The notes: generated by a model from the letters alone, not told the origin. Positions 37,196 to 50,182 are shown, counted from the first letter of the stretch. The stretch is DNA of 64,000 bases from Chara braunii (GCA_003427395.1 BFEA01000001.1:1050348-1114347); one strand, 5' to 3'. A program made the numbers and translations.

Positions 37196-37925
37196 CTGCA
37201 AAGTAAGCCAATCAACATGAAAACAAGTGAGACAATCAGTGTGAAAACAAAAGCAAAGCATTAGACTTTGTGACATGGTCACCAATCTGACAATATGAGC
37301 TCATACCAACTTTTCACATGCTTTTCCAAAATCGAAAAATGAATGGCTGCAGCAGCTGCCATGATTTGTTTTTCGTTGATGACGTTTGCAGTTGTGGATA
37401 GAGGCATTGCTTTTCTAGGATAAATCTTCCTGGTGCGTGAATGCATTTCCTTTCAATATTTCCAATCTTTTTTTGTTCATTGTTCTTCCTCCCTTTTTCC
37501 CTTTTTTTTTTTCTTCGTGCGACGGCCTTGAGATATCAACAATGAACTGACCTGCCCCATGTAATTCAACATACACATGCAAACTGTAGTCGTAGTCCAA
37601 ATGCTCGGCTTAGGCAGCCGCAGTCTTCTTCACTCAGTCAATGACAGAATCCGATAGGATGTGTCCTCGGGACGGTGAACCTCATCCATGACAAGTTTGA
37701 GGCAGTGAAGGTGGTCTTTATAGAAACGATTGATTCCCGTTAATGTAAAAGACATAAGGTTTGTTTGCAATTGTTTTATGCCTCACTGCCTATGGAGAAA
37801 ATAAACTCGGAAGAGATGACTACGAAATGTTGGCACAGAGGAAACCGGGTGTGAATAAGTCAATGCAATACAATAGAATTGACTAGATCCATCACTGTTA
37901 CAGGACTGCCACTGCCCCTGCGTAC

Positions 37926-38099
37926 CTGATAGCAGGCGACACTGAATGGAGCCTTGATGCTGCAATGACCGAGAAATTCCTTGTATCCAAACACATTATG
38001 TTTCACAATGGCACCAGGATGTGTCATATAGTCTGCAATCAAACTGAAGTGAAAGGGCAGGATGTTTACATCTCGTCCGTCAAACGCTGCATGAAGTTT
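37926..38099 (-). CDS. NRPD1: RNA polymerase IV/V largest subunit exon
   Basis: CAG acceptor and GTACGC donor, 58 codons, phase 0 into the next exon. HFSLIADYMT..G...APFSVACY matches the H..L.AD.MT..G motif and the NRPD1-type APF..AC(F/Y). Confidence 0.78.
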
Positions 38100-38156
38100 C
38101 TGCCAACACAGCAATTAAGCAAGAAGAAACAACAACCGGCAACAGATGATCAGTCT

Positions 38157-38220
38157 ACAATGGCACCAGCATGCGTCATATAGTCGTGAATCAAACCGAA
38201 GTGAAATGGCAGGATGTTTA
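38157..38220 (-). pseudogene. Diverged 64-bp partial duplicate of the adjacent polymerase exon
   Basis: Matches about 38005-38068 and reads NILPFHFGLIHDYMTHAGAIVD-stop. Confidence 0.8.
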
Positions 38221-38763
38221 TGCTATACTAAGCGATAACAGGTTGAAGTGGAGGAATGGGATGGCTCTTGAAGAATAGACCCCGTAACAGCAACAGAATA
38301 ACCAATTTGGAGGGGGGTGCTTGAGAGGCAAAGCTGAGAACCTGCATGACATCAGGGATTTCCGAACTGCTGGCTTAACTGCCAGTTAACTACCACAGGA
38401 AGAACATTCTTCTCCCACTTCCAAGGTTCTGGCTAAAAAGGCACTTTGGTGGTCTCCACAAGTCTGAGGAGGAGAACAGAAAGAAGGCAAAGGCTAGAGG
38501 ACGGTTAATCCTCCTTTCAGGGAGCAAAATCAATGTTGTTCAGGGATCCTTCGGCCTTGATAATATATGACCATTTGAACGAATTATATACTGAATGAAA
38601 TTACAAGCTCTGCGTAATTAAAGAAGTGTTCTTTCTAAATCAATAATAGTGATATCATTTCATAATCCGTACAGATATGGCTGAAAGTCTGAAGTAGGTG
38701 TACGATTCCCAAGACATGAGGCGTCACGTACACTCTTTGGAAATTCCATAACTTACGGGTGGA

Positions 38764-39036
38764 CGAAATTCCGAAAGTCGTCGAGGGCTCGACAGGATTC
38801 GAAAAAAAAGAAATTCAAAAGGAAAGAAGCAAAAACTCCCGCGCGATTACCGCGTCGGAAACCCAACAGCAGAACAAGAAAGAAGCGACGTCAAACATTA
38901 TTAATCGCACCTCTGTCGGCGCGCCAGCCACTCAATCGACCATCCCGGGATTTGCCCATCCGTGGCCCCAGCCATCCGAAAAGAGGCGACGTAAAAAGAA
39001 GAACAATCAAGGACACCGATGCAATTTTCCCGTTGG
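38764..39036 (+). repeat. Left copy of a direct repeat (partial LTR)
   Basis: GTCGAGGGCTCGACAGGATTCG...GCAATTTTCCCGTTGGA is shared with 49840-50087; the left copy has a short insertion. Confidence 0.9.
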
Positions 39037-39852
39037 ATCCCATCTCCTGCAATTGGCCCAACCTTCCCAGCTTAGGACCCCTCATTGTTATCGCACAGAG
39101 AATCGCGCGGAACAGAAATTGGTTCGTCACATATGCCCAGGGGGTTCCAATCTTAAGCAAGCTCCTGCTTGCTTAGTCATCACGACACGTGTCGATTTCT
39201 CTAATCGACCGACACGCGGAGCTTTCTTCGTTGCCACTTACCATGTGAAAGAGTGTGGAAGTCATCCAGTGTGGCGTACATGGCTCTATCCTACAAGTTC
39301 CCCAGGAAGGGCTCTATCCATTGGAGGAGGGGATCGCTCGTGCCATCCTTGCGACACGTGCCATGCAATCGCGCATCAGTAATTAGCAGGGAGAGGAAAG
39401 GGAAGGCGGTACATGGGGGCGTGTTGAGGGGGTGGGTCAATCGGGAGTGGGGGTATAGAGCTTTCCATTCCTGCGACCGTCACCGGAAGCTCCTGATATC
39501 GGACGATCCGATGGAAGCGAGGGAAGCGGGTCCCACTATGGGGGAGAGATGCGAGATAGTCGGGGTAGAGGGTTGCGGAGGTGCGGAGGAGGGCCGTCCG
39601 GAATCGATCATGGTTTTCGCACGCGGGGATAGTCCCCGTGATCATGCAATAAACCTCGATCATGTTGTGGCCTCGCCACGCGGCACTAAAGAGAAGGACA
39701 TGGCGGCAAAAGACAGGGTTGGCGCACCGAGTAGAAGGGTGCGGGTGTACCGTGACAGCGAGGCGGGTAGCGTAGAAGTGACGGAAGGTGTCGGTGGGGA
39801 AGGGGTTGTGGGGAAAAGAGATTGGGCGGTGATCTGGCGGAGGGTGAGGTAA

Positions 39853-41387
39853 TCAAGGGGACGGCGGGATAACGACCGGGGACGAAGCCCAATGCCCCGC
39901 ATCGACATGCGTTCGAACTGGGGGGCGGGGGGATGGGGAGGGGGATCGGCTCCGTCGCCTGCGCGCTGGTGCGCTCGAAGTCTCGGCAGCAGGGTCCCCA
40001 TCGTCGTTCTTGGGTGGCTCGGGATCCTTGGTCGGGTCGTTCGGGATCAGCAGATCCACGCCGCTCGCGTACTCCAGTGGCTGCTTCCCGACCGCGATTT
40101 CTTCTCTCCGCCGCGCTGCCGCCTCGGGATCCTCCTTCTGAGCTTCGGCGTGATCCGCCTCCTCACCCAGAGTCTCCTACTCAGATCCTTCCTCTTCCTC
40201 CAACTGATCTTCTTCTTCTTCTTCTTCACCCTCCTCCCCCGATTCTTCCTCGCTATACTCACTGTAACTTCCTTCCTCCTCCGCGATTCCTTCTTCGCTT
40301 TCGTCTTCCACCTCCGCTTCCTCTGCCACGGCTCTCTCTTCCACCGTTGTTCGAGGCGAAAAGAAGAGGAAGCCGATGATCCCACGGGGGTTCAGGTACT
40401 CGGCATGCGATGGGTAGCTGCCGCCTCCCATTCGATCCTCTAAGCAGGCTGACCACTACAAATACGGCGTTCATCTTCGCAAAAGAACGTGCGGCACTGG
40501 GCTCTCGTCACACTGCGATATGATGTCGAGGGGGAGGTCGTCGACCAGCTGCGCAAAGGGGATCGTGAGTTCCCACACGATCGTCTGCCGATGGCCTGGT
40601 TCTACCGCTCCAAAGACGAACCCGAGGAGATCTCCTTCCACCTCTATTCTCCAGGCCTGGATGATTAGCAGCTCCACGTTCTCCCTCGCAGCACGATGCT
40701 CACTGTCCCGTGTCCACGTCAGCTCCACTTTGACCAGGCACAACGAAAGAGTGAGGTAATGCTCACACCAGATTTCCCAGTGTCTCGGCTCGAGAAGGCG
40801 AACGACGAGTGGCTGGATACAGAAAGAAAGATAGGGATGGAGAGCAGACTGCCAGAAAGTGGGGAAGAGAGAGTGGAGAGCAAAGGTTGAGAACTGGGAC
40901 CAGTTCATTGAGGGCGCGGAAGGGGGACGAGCTCTGGGAGCGCTACCGTCGGTTCGTGTCGGGACGTGCGGAGCCCGCCGACGTCGATGCTGTCGGTGAC
41001 GACGAGGTTGTCACCGTGCCGCGCAAGCCACCAGCTCCACTCCTGTGCTAACTGTTCACCCCACTTCCTTAGCGATGTCCGGATTGTCGTATGCCTTGTA
41101 GGATCCAGCGCGCTGATGTCCCCGCTGAAGACGACGACGGTAGACACGTGGCTGACCCCTGGCGCCAAAAGTCGTCGATAAGCCGATGCCTCTGCCAACA
41201 CGAGTGTCTGGCTGTGCGCCGCAAAACGGAACTTTGCTGCCGCATACACCCCCGTGGTGCTGAAGAACTGCGCAAATCGGAGAAAATCCGAACTGATCCG
41301 TGGATGATGGACTTGTCTGATTGCCGAAATATCGCCGCGTGGTGCCAGCATGTGCTCGCCAAGAACCTGCTCGGTGGAAAAACTCAT
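39853..41387 (-). pseudogene. Extra ORF downstream of integrase (about 510 codons, unknown function, acidic and S/P/R-rich tail)
   Basis: ORFs 40471-40908, 40177-40431 and 39853-40059 share one frame; 40905-41387 precedes them with one shift; its ATG overlaps the pol TGA. Confidence 0.65.
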
Positions 41388-44300
41388 GGCAATGGCGTTT
41401 GCGACGGAGTATCAGCAGGGGAGCGAGACAGAGAAGGAGAGGGCGATAAGCAGTCGTCGTCCTCTTCCGTGCTGGAGGAGGGGGTGGATGAAGGTGGAGA
41501 TGGAGAGGAAGGGAGAGGCCGCAGATAGGACACGTGGCGAGTGATCGGGCGGGCAGATTGGCTGTCGGAGACCTCAGGCACGAGCCGCACCATGTTCACT
41601 CCGTTCGGACCAAGCTCGACTACGCGAAATTGCTCGAAGAATCGTGGCGCTAGCTTACCCCGGCGAGCACATTTCCTCATCTGCACGATGTCCCCTAACT
41701 TATATTGGGGCCATGGTCCCACATTCCCATTCCGGGCCTCGTAACTGCGGACCTGTCGGCCGTGGGCCAACTTAGTCATTTTCTGGCGCTTTCAGGCTAA
41801 TCGAGGAAGGGACCGCTCCATCAGCTCTAGGTGTCGCTTGGCCTTGTCTCGAACCGTGGCCCTCGTGGGCCGTCGGTTCAACGAAGATTCATCTGGGAGG
41901 CTCGGTGTTGAAATGCAAGCCACACTATTGGTCCGTAATTGAAAGGGGCTCAAGCCCGTCGATTCGTGAGGCGTCCCCTGATGGACCGCCAGGATGTGAT
42001 CCACGATATCGGGTCAGGGTCTCGGATCCCGTGCCGCGATGTTTCGTCGCAGTGCAGTCTTAATCACCCTATTTGCGTTCTCTACCAGCCCGTTAGACTG
42101 TGACATGTGGGGTGCAGTATTCCGAATGGCGACGCCGTGCATGACCAGATTCCTCAAAACTTCCCCCCTGAATTCTACCCCATTATCGGTCAGGATCTCC
42201 TCCGTGTCCTGATGCATTCCTAGAAAACGGTTGATGTATCGCGCGATTTCAGCCGCCTGTCGCGTACAACACTGATATGCCTCGATCCATTTCGAGAAGT
42301 GGTCTACAAATACCAGTAGGATTGAATACTCACAGCTATTAGGTCCAGGGGGCACCACGGTATCGGTAGTATCCATGCTAACTCTTTGGAAGAGCCGTTC
42401 AACTACCATCGGCACTATCGATCTTGGCGGCTGAATCGGCGCCTTGTTAGCAGCGCAAACCTGACAGTTCTAGACGATGAATTTAACATCGTCGCGAATG
42501 TTGGACCAGTACCACTCATTTATCAACTGTCGCTTTCGTGATCCGTACAGCAAAGTGGGTTGCGGCTTCCTCATGCACCGTCTTAACCCAGTCATACCTC
42601 ATGAACGGGTGCGGCACTACCATCCAAATTCCATTACCGTCCGTTTTTCGCTTCTCTAACCGACCCTCGTTACAGCGATAGTCCCGAGCTCTTTCATTGG
42701 CCCTCCTCCGGTCCCCCTTAGTGAAGTCCTGGAGGGGATTACCTACCAAGGTGGCAATTAAAGGAATATCCATCCATACCTCGGCCCTTCTAAATTTTCG
42801 GGTCTTTTCTAACCCTTCTGACGTGGCTTCGAGAAAGCGCGCCTCGGTCGGGATCTTATCGACTCGGCACAAAGGGCACAACCAAGGCTTATCGCCATTT
42901 CTGTACTAAACGCAAGAGCCATGGGCTCGTGCGACACATTGCCGACAATCTACCCACTCGACATAACCTTCCCCACTAGGACGCATAGGGACAGAGTAAA
43001 CGCGTGAAATCGCTTCGCAAAAATAACAAAATTGATCTGGTAGAGAAAGAAGGCATGAGGACGAGAGGGGAGAGAGAGGAGTTGCAAGATTACCTTCGTC
43101 ACCCATTGCCACATGCCGGCTTCTTGCCACGTGGGAAAACTGCCACTTGTCCGTACTTGGGTCCGTTCGTTGACTCCGGTTCCTTCCACGGGATGATTTC
43201 TTCACCTTTAGGTACCTTAGCTGGTCGATGCAGACGTGTCAATCCGTCCGCATTTCCATGCCTCTCCATCTTCCGATGGATGATATCGAAGTCGTACTCC
43301 TGCAGGCGCACTGCCTAGCGCCCAATCATACCTGTGTAGTTAGTGAGCCTCTTCAGAGCCAGCAGTGGCTCATGATCAGTCACTAGAAGGAACTTTTGTC
43401 CATAAAGATACGGATGGAAGTGCTGGATTCCCCAGACCACAGCGTAACATTCACCTTGCGGGGCCGAATCGTTCCTCCACTCGTCTGGCACCGTGCGTGA
43501 TGCGTATTCGATGACATGTTATCAGTCGTCGTTCCCCTTTTGCGCTAGAATGGCGGAAATTGCCTCCGGTTGCCAGTCCGTAATGAGAATGAACTGCTTC
43601 GTAGGGTCCGACCGGATCAAAATAGATGTTGTCGCCAGGGCGTCCTTGAGGGTGGCGAAAGCCTGCTCGCACTCGGCGTCCCAACTGAGAGGCTGGTCAT
43701 TCCGCAGCAAGCTCGTAAGGGGCCTCGCTATCGCGGCAAAGCCCTTGATGAAACGATGATAGTACGATGCCGGTCCCAAAAAGGCTCGAGCCTACGTCAA
43801 CGATGTGCGGACGGGGGCATCCTTCACCGCCGCGACCTTTCTCGAATCTGGCTGCAGTCCTCCCCGCGTCACCACGTAGCCCAAGAACGAGATCTCTGAT
43901 AGGAAAAACTCGCTCTTCTCGAGCGTGATCTTGAACCCAGCGTCTCTCAGAGCTCCCAGTGTCCATTTGATATGTTGTGCGTGCCCGTGATAGGTTTCCG
44001 AGTAGACTAAGATGTCGTTCATGTACACGATGACGCAGAAGTTGATCATTCCTTGATTCAGTCGTGTTTTGTTGACGAAGTTCTGAAACGTCACATTCAT
44101 GGCTCGTTGAAACATAGCAGGCGCATTACAAATCCCCATCGGGAACCAGACCCACTGCCACGTGCCCTCAAACAATACGAAGGCCGTTTTTGGTCGATCT
44201 CCCTCCTTAACCAGAATGTGATGGAAACCGTGACGAATATCAAATTTACTAAAATAATTAGCACACCCAATCGCATCCAGCAAATCATCAATCCAGGGAA

Positions 44301-47300
44301 GGGGATACACATCTTTAACCGTGATATCATTCAGTTTCCGATAATCAATGCAAATGCGAATCGACCGATTCTTCTTCGGCACTAATACTACCGGGACTGA
44401 CCATGGCCCAGTGGCGGGTTCGATCCAACCATTAGCTTCGAACTCCCGAATCCGTTGAAGGGTTGTCTTCCGTTCCACCAGGGAATACCTGTAGGGTTTA
44501 CAATGGATGGGAGGATGGTTTCCAGTTTGAATTTCGTGCTGTATGACTAATGATAGTCCAATGTCTGTGTCTGTCACGCTAATCGCTCCCTGATAGTCTT
44601 TTAGAATGTCCGCGATTAGGTGATGGATCTCACCAGGTACGTAGTGGGGTACGTGCAACTCATACGATTGATTCCATATTCGTACATCGATTTGTTTCGT
44701 ACTTACTTGCTTAGTGGTTTCAGGCGGCGGTGCGGAAATAAACGAGTTGTCCGATCGTCAAGAGAATACCGTGGCCATCATTTGCGCATCCTGCTCCCGA
44801 ATGGCCACGTGTTCCTCCGGGGTTACTCCGTCGCGAATATCCTGCCATGGCACGGGTTTTGTCGAGNNNNNNNNNNNNNNNNNNNNNNNNNNNNNNNNNN
44901 NNNNNNGAATATCCTGCCATGGCACGGGTTTTGTCGAGATTTTGATCCCGAGTCCGTTGGCCATCATTTGCGCATCCTGCTCCCGAATGGCCACGTGTTC
45001 CCCTCCGGGGTTCCTCCATCGTGAATATCCTGCCATCGCACCGGTTTTGTCACGATTTTGATCCAGAGTCCGTTGGATCCAGTTTCGAGGCGCTCAGGGG
45101 GTTCCAAAGAATTGGCCTCCGCCCCTAAGCGTAGCAATCGTATCTCTTTTGCAGGTGGCAAAAGAGATCGGGGGAGGCTCGTAATGTCGCAAAAGTGCCT
45201 CTTGTCGTTGTATCGCGCAAGGAGAGGGGAGATACCTTCGTACAGGGTTCGAGGGGGTTCCAAAGAATCGACCATTCGTGAGATCTGTACGGGAGGTTCT
45301 CCCAGAATCATTGCCTGCGTTCTCTGTAAGTTCCGACCAGTCAGGCTCAAAGGTTTCGCGCTGGCTCTTTGCGCAGAGTAACACATGCGTTGTCGCACCA
45401 GTTCCAGAATTACCGCATCGTCCTCATCACTGCTGTCCGCGTCTTTCGATGATTGCTCATCGTCCGCGTAGTTTTCCCAGGTGATCACACGGAGAGTTCC
45501 CGCCATTACCTGAGAAACTTGCGAGGCTATATTAACAGTAGTACGAAGGGTCAGTCTCATAGGTATGGCGTAGGGTTTTCCTCCCGTATTTCGCAGGATA
45601 ATCGATCGTCTTTCGAAGTCCAAGTTGGCTCGCCGAGCCATAAGGGCAGGTAAACCCAAAAGAACATCATAAGTGCTGACGTCTAATACTACGACATCTC
45701 CCATAGCATGCACCTTACCCAATCGAAAAGCGACATTGGTCATCCATCCCACTGTTTTGATCTTTTCCTCATCTACTGAGACGAGTTGAGATCCTTTTTC
45801 GTAAGCATAATCAGATCTTTCTTTCTTCCTGCCCTTTCAACCACCCGTAACGAGATAGCTAAAACAGCTGCTCTTGAATCGATAATGGCATTGTACGAGA
45901 CTCCCCATACTTCGATGTCACATTCTGCGGATTTCCACGGAATCGCTTTAATCCGTAGGAAGTGATCATCTTTCTGGATTATTCCTAAACGTATTGGATC
46001 CGAAGTACCAGCAGCGGGTTCATCCGGTATTGAAATTTTTTCTTTCGTGTTTGCCGTACGGGCAAGGACGAACCGCTTCCGGTTTGCCTTACAGTGTTGT
46101 AACATGCGTTCGTTGGCCTGTTCTGATATCGATAATAGATGACCAATCGAAAGAGGAATCCGATGATCTAGTGCCCGTACAATGTTCAAAACGTCGATTT
46201 CCCCGGTGACGAAGGTGGGTCCTCCCGACTCCATCTCTCCGGGAGAAGGTCTCCACTCGACCACTTCCCTCTGTTCGGGTGCGGGTCTGATCGTTCCAAT
46301 CATGCCCAATCCTGGGTAACCAAGCGTGACGTACTGATCCAACGGAATAAGTTCAGCGGCTTCTTCCGTTGTAGCCAACGTGCATCCGCCTCCTTCCATC
46401 TCTTCCATTAGCGCCCCAACTCGCTCCGGCCCGTTAGCAATCGGGGCTGCTGCTACCGGTGCGGCCCCGACCCGTGGTTGCGGGGGTCGATGGAGGCAAT
46501 CTCGAGCTATGTGCCCTGGTTGATGACACGTGTAACAAACGTTCAGGTTACCAGCGGCTCCTCCGAGCGCGGGTGCCGGAGCCAGCCCGTGTTGAATCGG
46601 GGCGGCCTGTACTGCTATCGGTCGCATCGACCTCATCATCGCCTCTATTCGAGCATTGTGTTCCCGCTGTTCCTTTTTGCTTTCCTGGACCAGATTGACC
46701 AGTGTTTTGGTTAGTTCTAATAGGGCGGTTGATTCATTCGGTCGTGCAGGACTTTCGATCGGAGGTGGGGGTGTCGTCATTATGGGAACTGGCATGCCCG
46801 TAATCACACCCGGGGCTGGTCGTTTGGGGCTAATCTGTTCCAAATAGGTAACAGGGCCAGACAAAAATCCCATGTTTTCGAACTTATTTTGTAGCGCGGC
46901 CAGCTCGGCTTTAGCTCTCGCCAGTTCGGACGAGTCTCCTTCCCTAGGATAATCTTCTCCTTCTAGGAATCTTGCAGCGAATTTTCGCTCCATCTCTTCT
47001 GCGGCCGCCATGATCTGTTGCAGCGTGTGATTGATGGGGGAGAACTATTTTCGCAGTTTCGCCCTCATCGCTCTGCTGCGAAGTCCGTCAATAAACAAAT
47101 CTCTACCTACCTGTTTGCCTCGTTCGGTTTTTACATTCGGTAAAATCAATTTCGGTACTCAGTGACAGACTCGAGGGGTTTTTGGACTCGATCTTTAATC
47201 ATAAAGAGGGCCTGCTCCGGATGGATATAATCGAATCAGTTCAGAAAGTCTCGCTCGAATGTCGGGAGATCAACCCATACATAGGTGTTGAACCAATGAT

Positions 47301-47526
47301 GAGCGTCCCCCCCTAATCGAGCGGGAATGTTAACCTGTGCCTTGTTGTCATCGTACTGCTGAGCTCGGAGCGTGGCCAGCCATGCGCCAGCAAGGTGGTG
47401 AGCGGGATCGAATAGATAAAGATCGGGTCGGGCCATGGGTGCCCGCGCTCGTGGTACGGGTTGATTAGGATTTAGCTGTTGGTTGGGGTTCTGTTGTGGG
47501 TTTGGATTCTCTTGATTAGCGTTCAT
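41384..47526 (-). pseudogene. gag-pol polyprotein
   Basis: CYTCHQPGHIARDC; AIIDSRAA and DVLLG protease; RICIDYRKLN, FSKFDI, MPG-like FPMGICNAP, VYMND RT; ITDW...EYDFDI.HR....HGNADGLTR RNase H; integrase SMD/TDNGVEF/NGLVENAN and KLAPRF. Confidence 0.93.
42866..43028 (-). other. PHD finger (C4HC3) coding segment within pol
   Basis: CYFC...EWVDCRQCVARAHGSCV*YRNGDKPWLCPLC, all in one frame with one internal TAG. Confidence 0.85.
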
Positions 47527-48574
47527 GTTAACCGCCCGTCGAGCCGCAGACCGGCTTCTCGTGACGACGGGATCCCGTCGATGCGCATTCTGGGGTCGAG
47601 GTCGCCCTCTGTTAGCCAGATCGCTTCGATCTAAGTTATCGCCCTATGAATCCTATAACCCTGCCACGTGTCGGCTCCGATACCACCCTCACGCCCGCCG
47701 TGACTTCCTGATCGGAGTGGGATGTGGGCTTGGAAGTGCGAAAAGGGGTGTGCCAAGGATTTTTGGGAAATTGGGGGTGGAGTCCCAGTTCAGAACTGAG
47801 ATCTCTGGTGGCAAGGTTTCAGGGGCGTAGGTGCAATGAGGCTAAGGGACGGGTTACTTTCGGTCTGATGGCGGTAGATGTCATGTAGCATGAGGCAGAT
47901 GGCATGCGCGGTGCATCTTGGGCCGTCCGGTCCACCTGTCCTAGTGACAACGGTCCAGGAGAGATCTGCTTGTGAGAGCTGCAATTTCTATGGGTCGAAC
48001 CTCCGGGTGTGAATACGTGGCGATTGACGTCGCGCGTTATGGTTAGGCTCTGTAATTCCAGAGGCTCGTCGGTTGCCGCGTCGTCTGCCATTTCTGCACG
48101 GCGTGTGGGGCCAATACGGGGCTATGGAGTTCCACGGTACCACCGTAAGTTGGTGGTATGGGAGGAGAAGATGAAAGGGGGGGAAATTGGTAGCAATAAC
48201 GACGAAGCCGGGGGATATGAAATACTACGTGTTATAGGCAGTTGGGTAGTCGGGGGCCCTCGGGTCGCTGGTTAAGGCGCGGCGGAAGTCCTTGGGACAC
48301 AGTCGGTCGTTCTCGGTTAGACAGGGGAATTCCGGATGTCTCAGCCTTAGTTGTTCTCCCTCCCAGTATTCACTGTACTCTGGATCCCGCACTCCTTCCC
48401 GGTCCGCGAGGTACGACATCTTGGCATTCCGGCGGATCACTAGCTACGGCGTAGTGAGAACCTTCTGCACGCATTTGATCGTACTTTTATCGACAAGGGA
48501 ATTTCCGGGTATGGGGGCGGAAATTCCTACCGGCTCAAACTCTCGCAAAAAGGAAATTTCGCGCTTATCCCGAT

Positions 48575-48587
48575 ACTGGGGGTGCCA
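48575..48587 (-). promoter_or_regulatory. Candidate primer-binding site
   Basis: TGGCACCCCCAGT on minus about 1 kb upstream of gag; resembles tRNA-complementary TGGC-type sites; tRNA not assigned. Confidence 0.45.
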
Positions 48588-49839
48588 AGTTCTTCAGTGA
48601 TCGCGAATCGCCCGCGTGTGGACACGTGCAGGCCACGCCGATCAGATCGCGCTTACACGTGTGCACACAAGGTGTTCGGTCGTACACGGGCCTGTTGGCT
48701 GATTTTCGTGCAAAAGTGAGAGTTCAATCCTACATGCAAAATCGCCATGTGGCATAGATACCCACCCAATCATCTAATCATTCAATGATCCTGCAAACAA
48801 TCATTTTCGATCATGCAAAATGGCATCACACGCACCAGACACTGCAACAACATCAAACTCTTATCGTGACGACAGTAGACCATGGTGACAAGCAACGATG
48901 ATGATTAGGCAAAAACGACAAGCATATCATTCCATCAGAACTCGTTCATCCAATATACACAGAAGAGGAAGGATCGAGACCGAGTAGGATACCATACAAG
49001 GGCCAACGTCGAGACAAAGATGTCGAAGGAAAAACAAGGACGAATTGTCCGAGCCGAAATCAAAACTTATATACAAGATTGAAAAAGACCAAGAAAATTA
49101 CAACTCCACGTCCATCCATCTCAACTCTCTCTCTCTCACTCTCTCTCTCTCTCTCTGATGCGCACAGTCCGTCGTCACGCACCAACCCACGAAGTTGTCA
49201 CCCCGCTTAGTCCTCCTGTGCCCGTCGAGTTCGCCCGCGTGCTACAGTCCGTCGTAGCCCCACGCGTCAACCCCGCATATTCGGCACCAGCTCGTCGGGT
49301 CGCCCAACTCCCACCTCACTCACCTCTTACTTCGCTCATGAGCCAACCCTCACTGATCGCGCTACCCCGAGCTTCCAGCAATTGTTTAAGAGAGCTGTCT
49401 AATCGCGCAGCCGAAATTTATACTGTGCATGCATGCGCGACAAACACGGAATTGCAAGGACTTAGAAGGGAGAGAAGGGAAGGGAATGCCTACGTTCCGC
49501 ATGGCCAGATCGCGGCGTGGGGGACGTAGCCACTCTCCACGCATCAATCCGATCATGCAGCCCGCGGGCCAACTAGACACAGCAAAGGAGAGAGAGGGCG
49601 GGAAAGACGAAGCTCAAGAAGAAAGATGCAGTTACAAGGGCGCCCCGCCCAAAATTACAGTTACACGCAAGATTAAGGGCGCCGACTACGCAGAGCTCCG
49701 TTGCAGCGGCAAAAAGAAACGCGCGAGCAAAGAGCACCGCGCGGCAAAAGAAATTCCGAATTCCTAAATTCCTAGATTCCTATCTGATGCAAAAATGCAA
49801 AAAGAACTTTAATAAAGCACAAATTCCGAAAAGAAAGTC

Positions 49840-50087
49840 CGAAATTCCAAGAGCCGTCGAGGGCTCGACAGGATTCGAAAAAAAAGAAATTCAAAAGGAA
49901 AGAAGCAAAAACTCCCGCGCGATTACCACGCCGAAAACCCGACAGCAGAACAAGAAAGAAGCGACGTTGGCACGCCAGCCACTCAATCGACCATCCCGGG
50001 ATTTGCCCATCCCTGGCCCCAGCCATCCGAAAAGAGACGACGTAAAAAGAAGAACAAGCAAGGACACCGATGCAATTTTCCCGTTGG
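49840..50087 (+). repeat. Right copy of the direct repeat (partial LTR)
   Basis: Matches 38764-39036. Confidence 0.9.
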
Positions 50088-50182
50088 AAGAAGAAGAAGA
50101 AGAAGGAGAGGGAGAGGGAGAGGGAGAAGAAGAAGAAGAAGGAGAGGGAGAGAGAGAGGGAGAAGAAGAAGAAGAATAAGAA

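Noticed and set aside
40259-40474. Chain of three ATGA-coupled ORFs
   Set aside because: The protein-like sequence continues in the 40908 frame through point stops, so the later overlaps are likely decay artefacts; only the pol junction was kept.
44770-45060. Tandem repeat between protease and RT
   Set aside because: It flanks an N gap and may be a scaffolding overlap.
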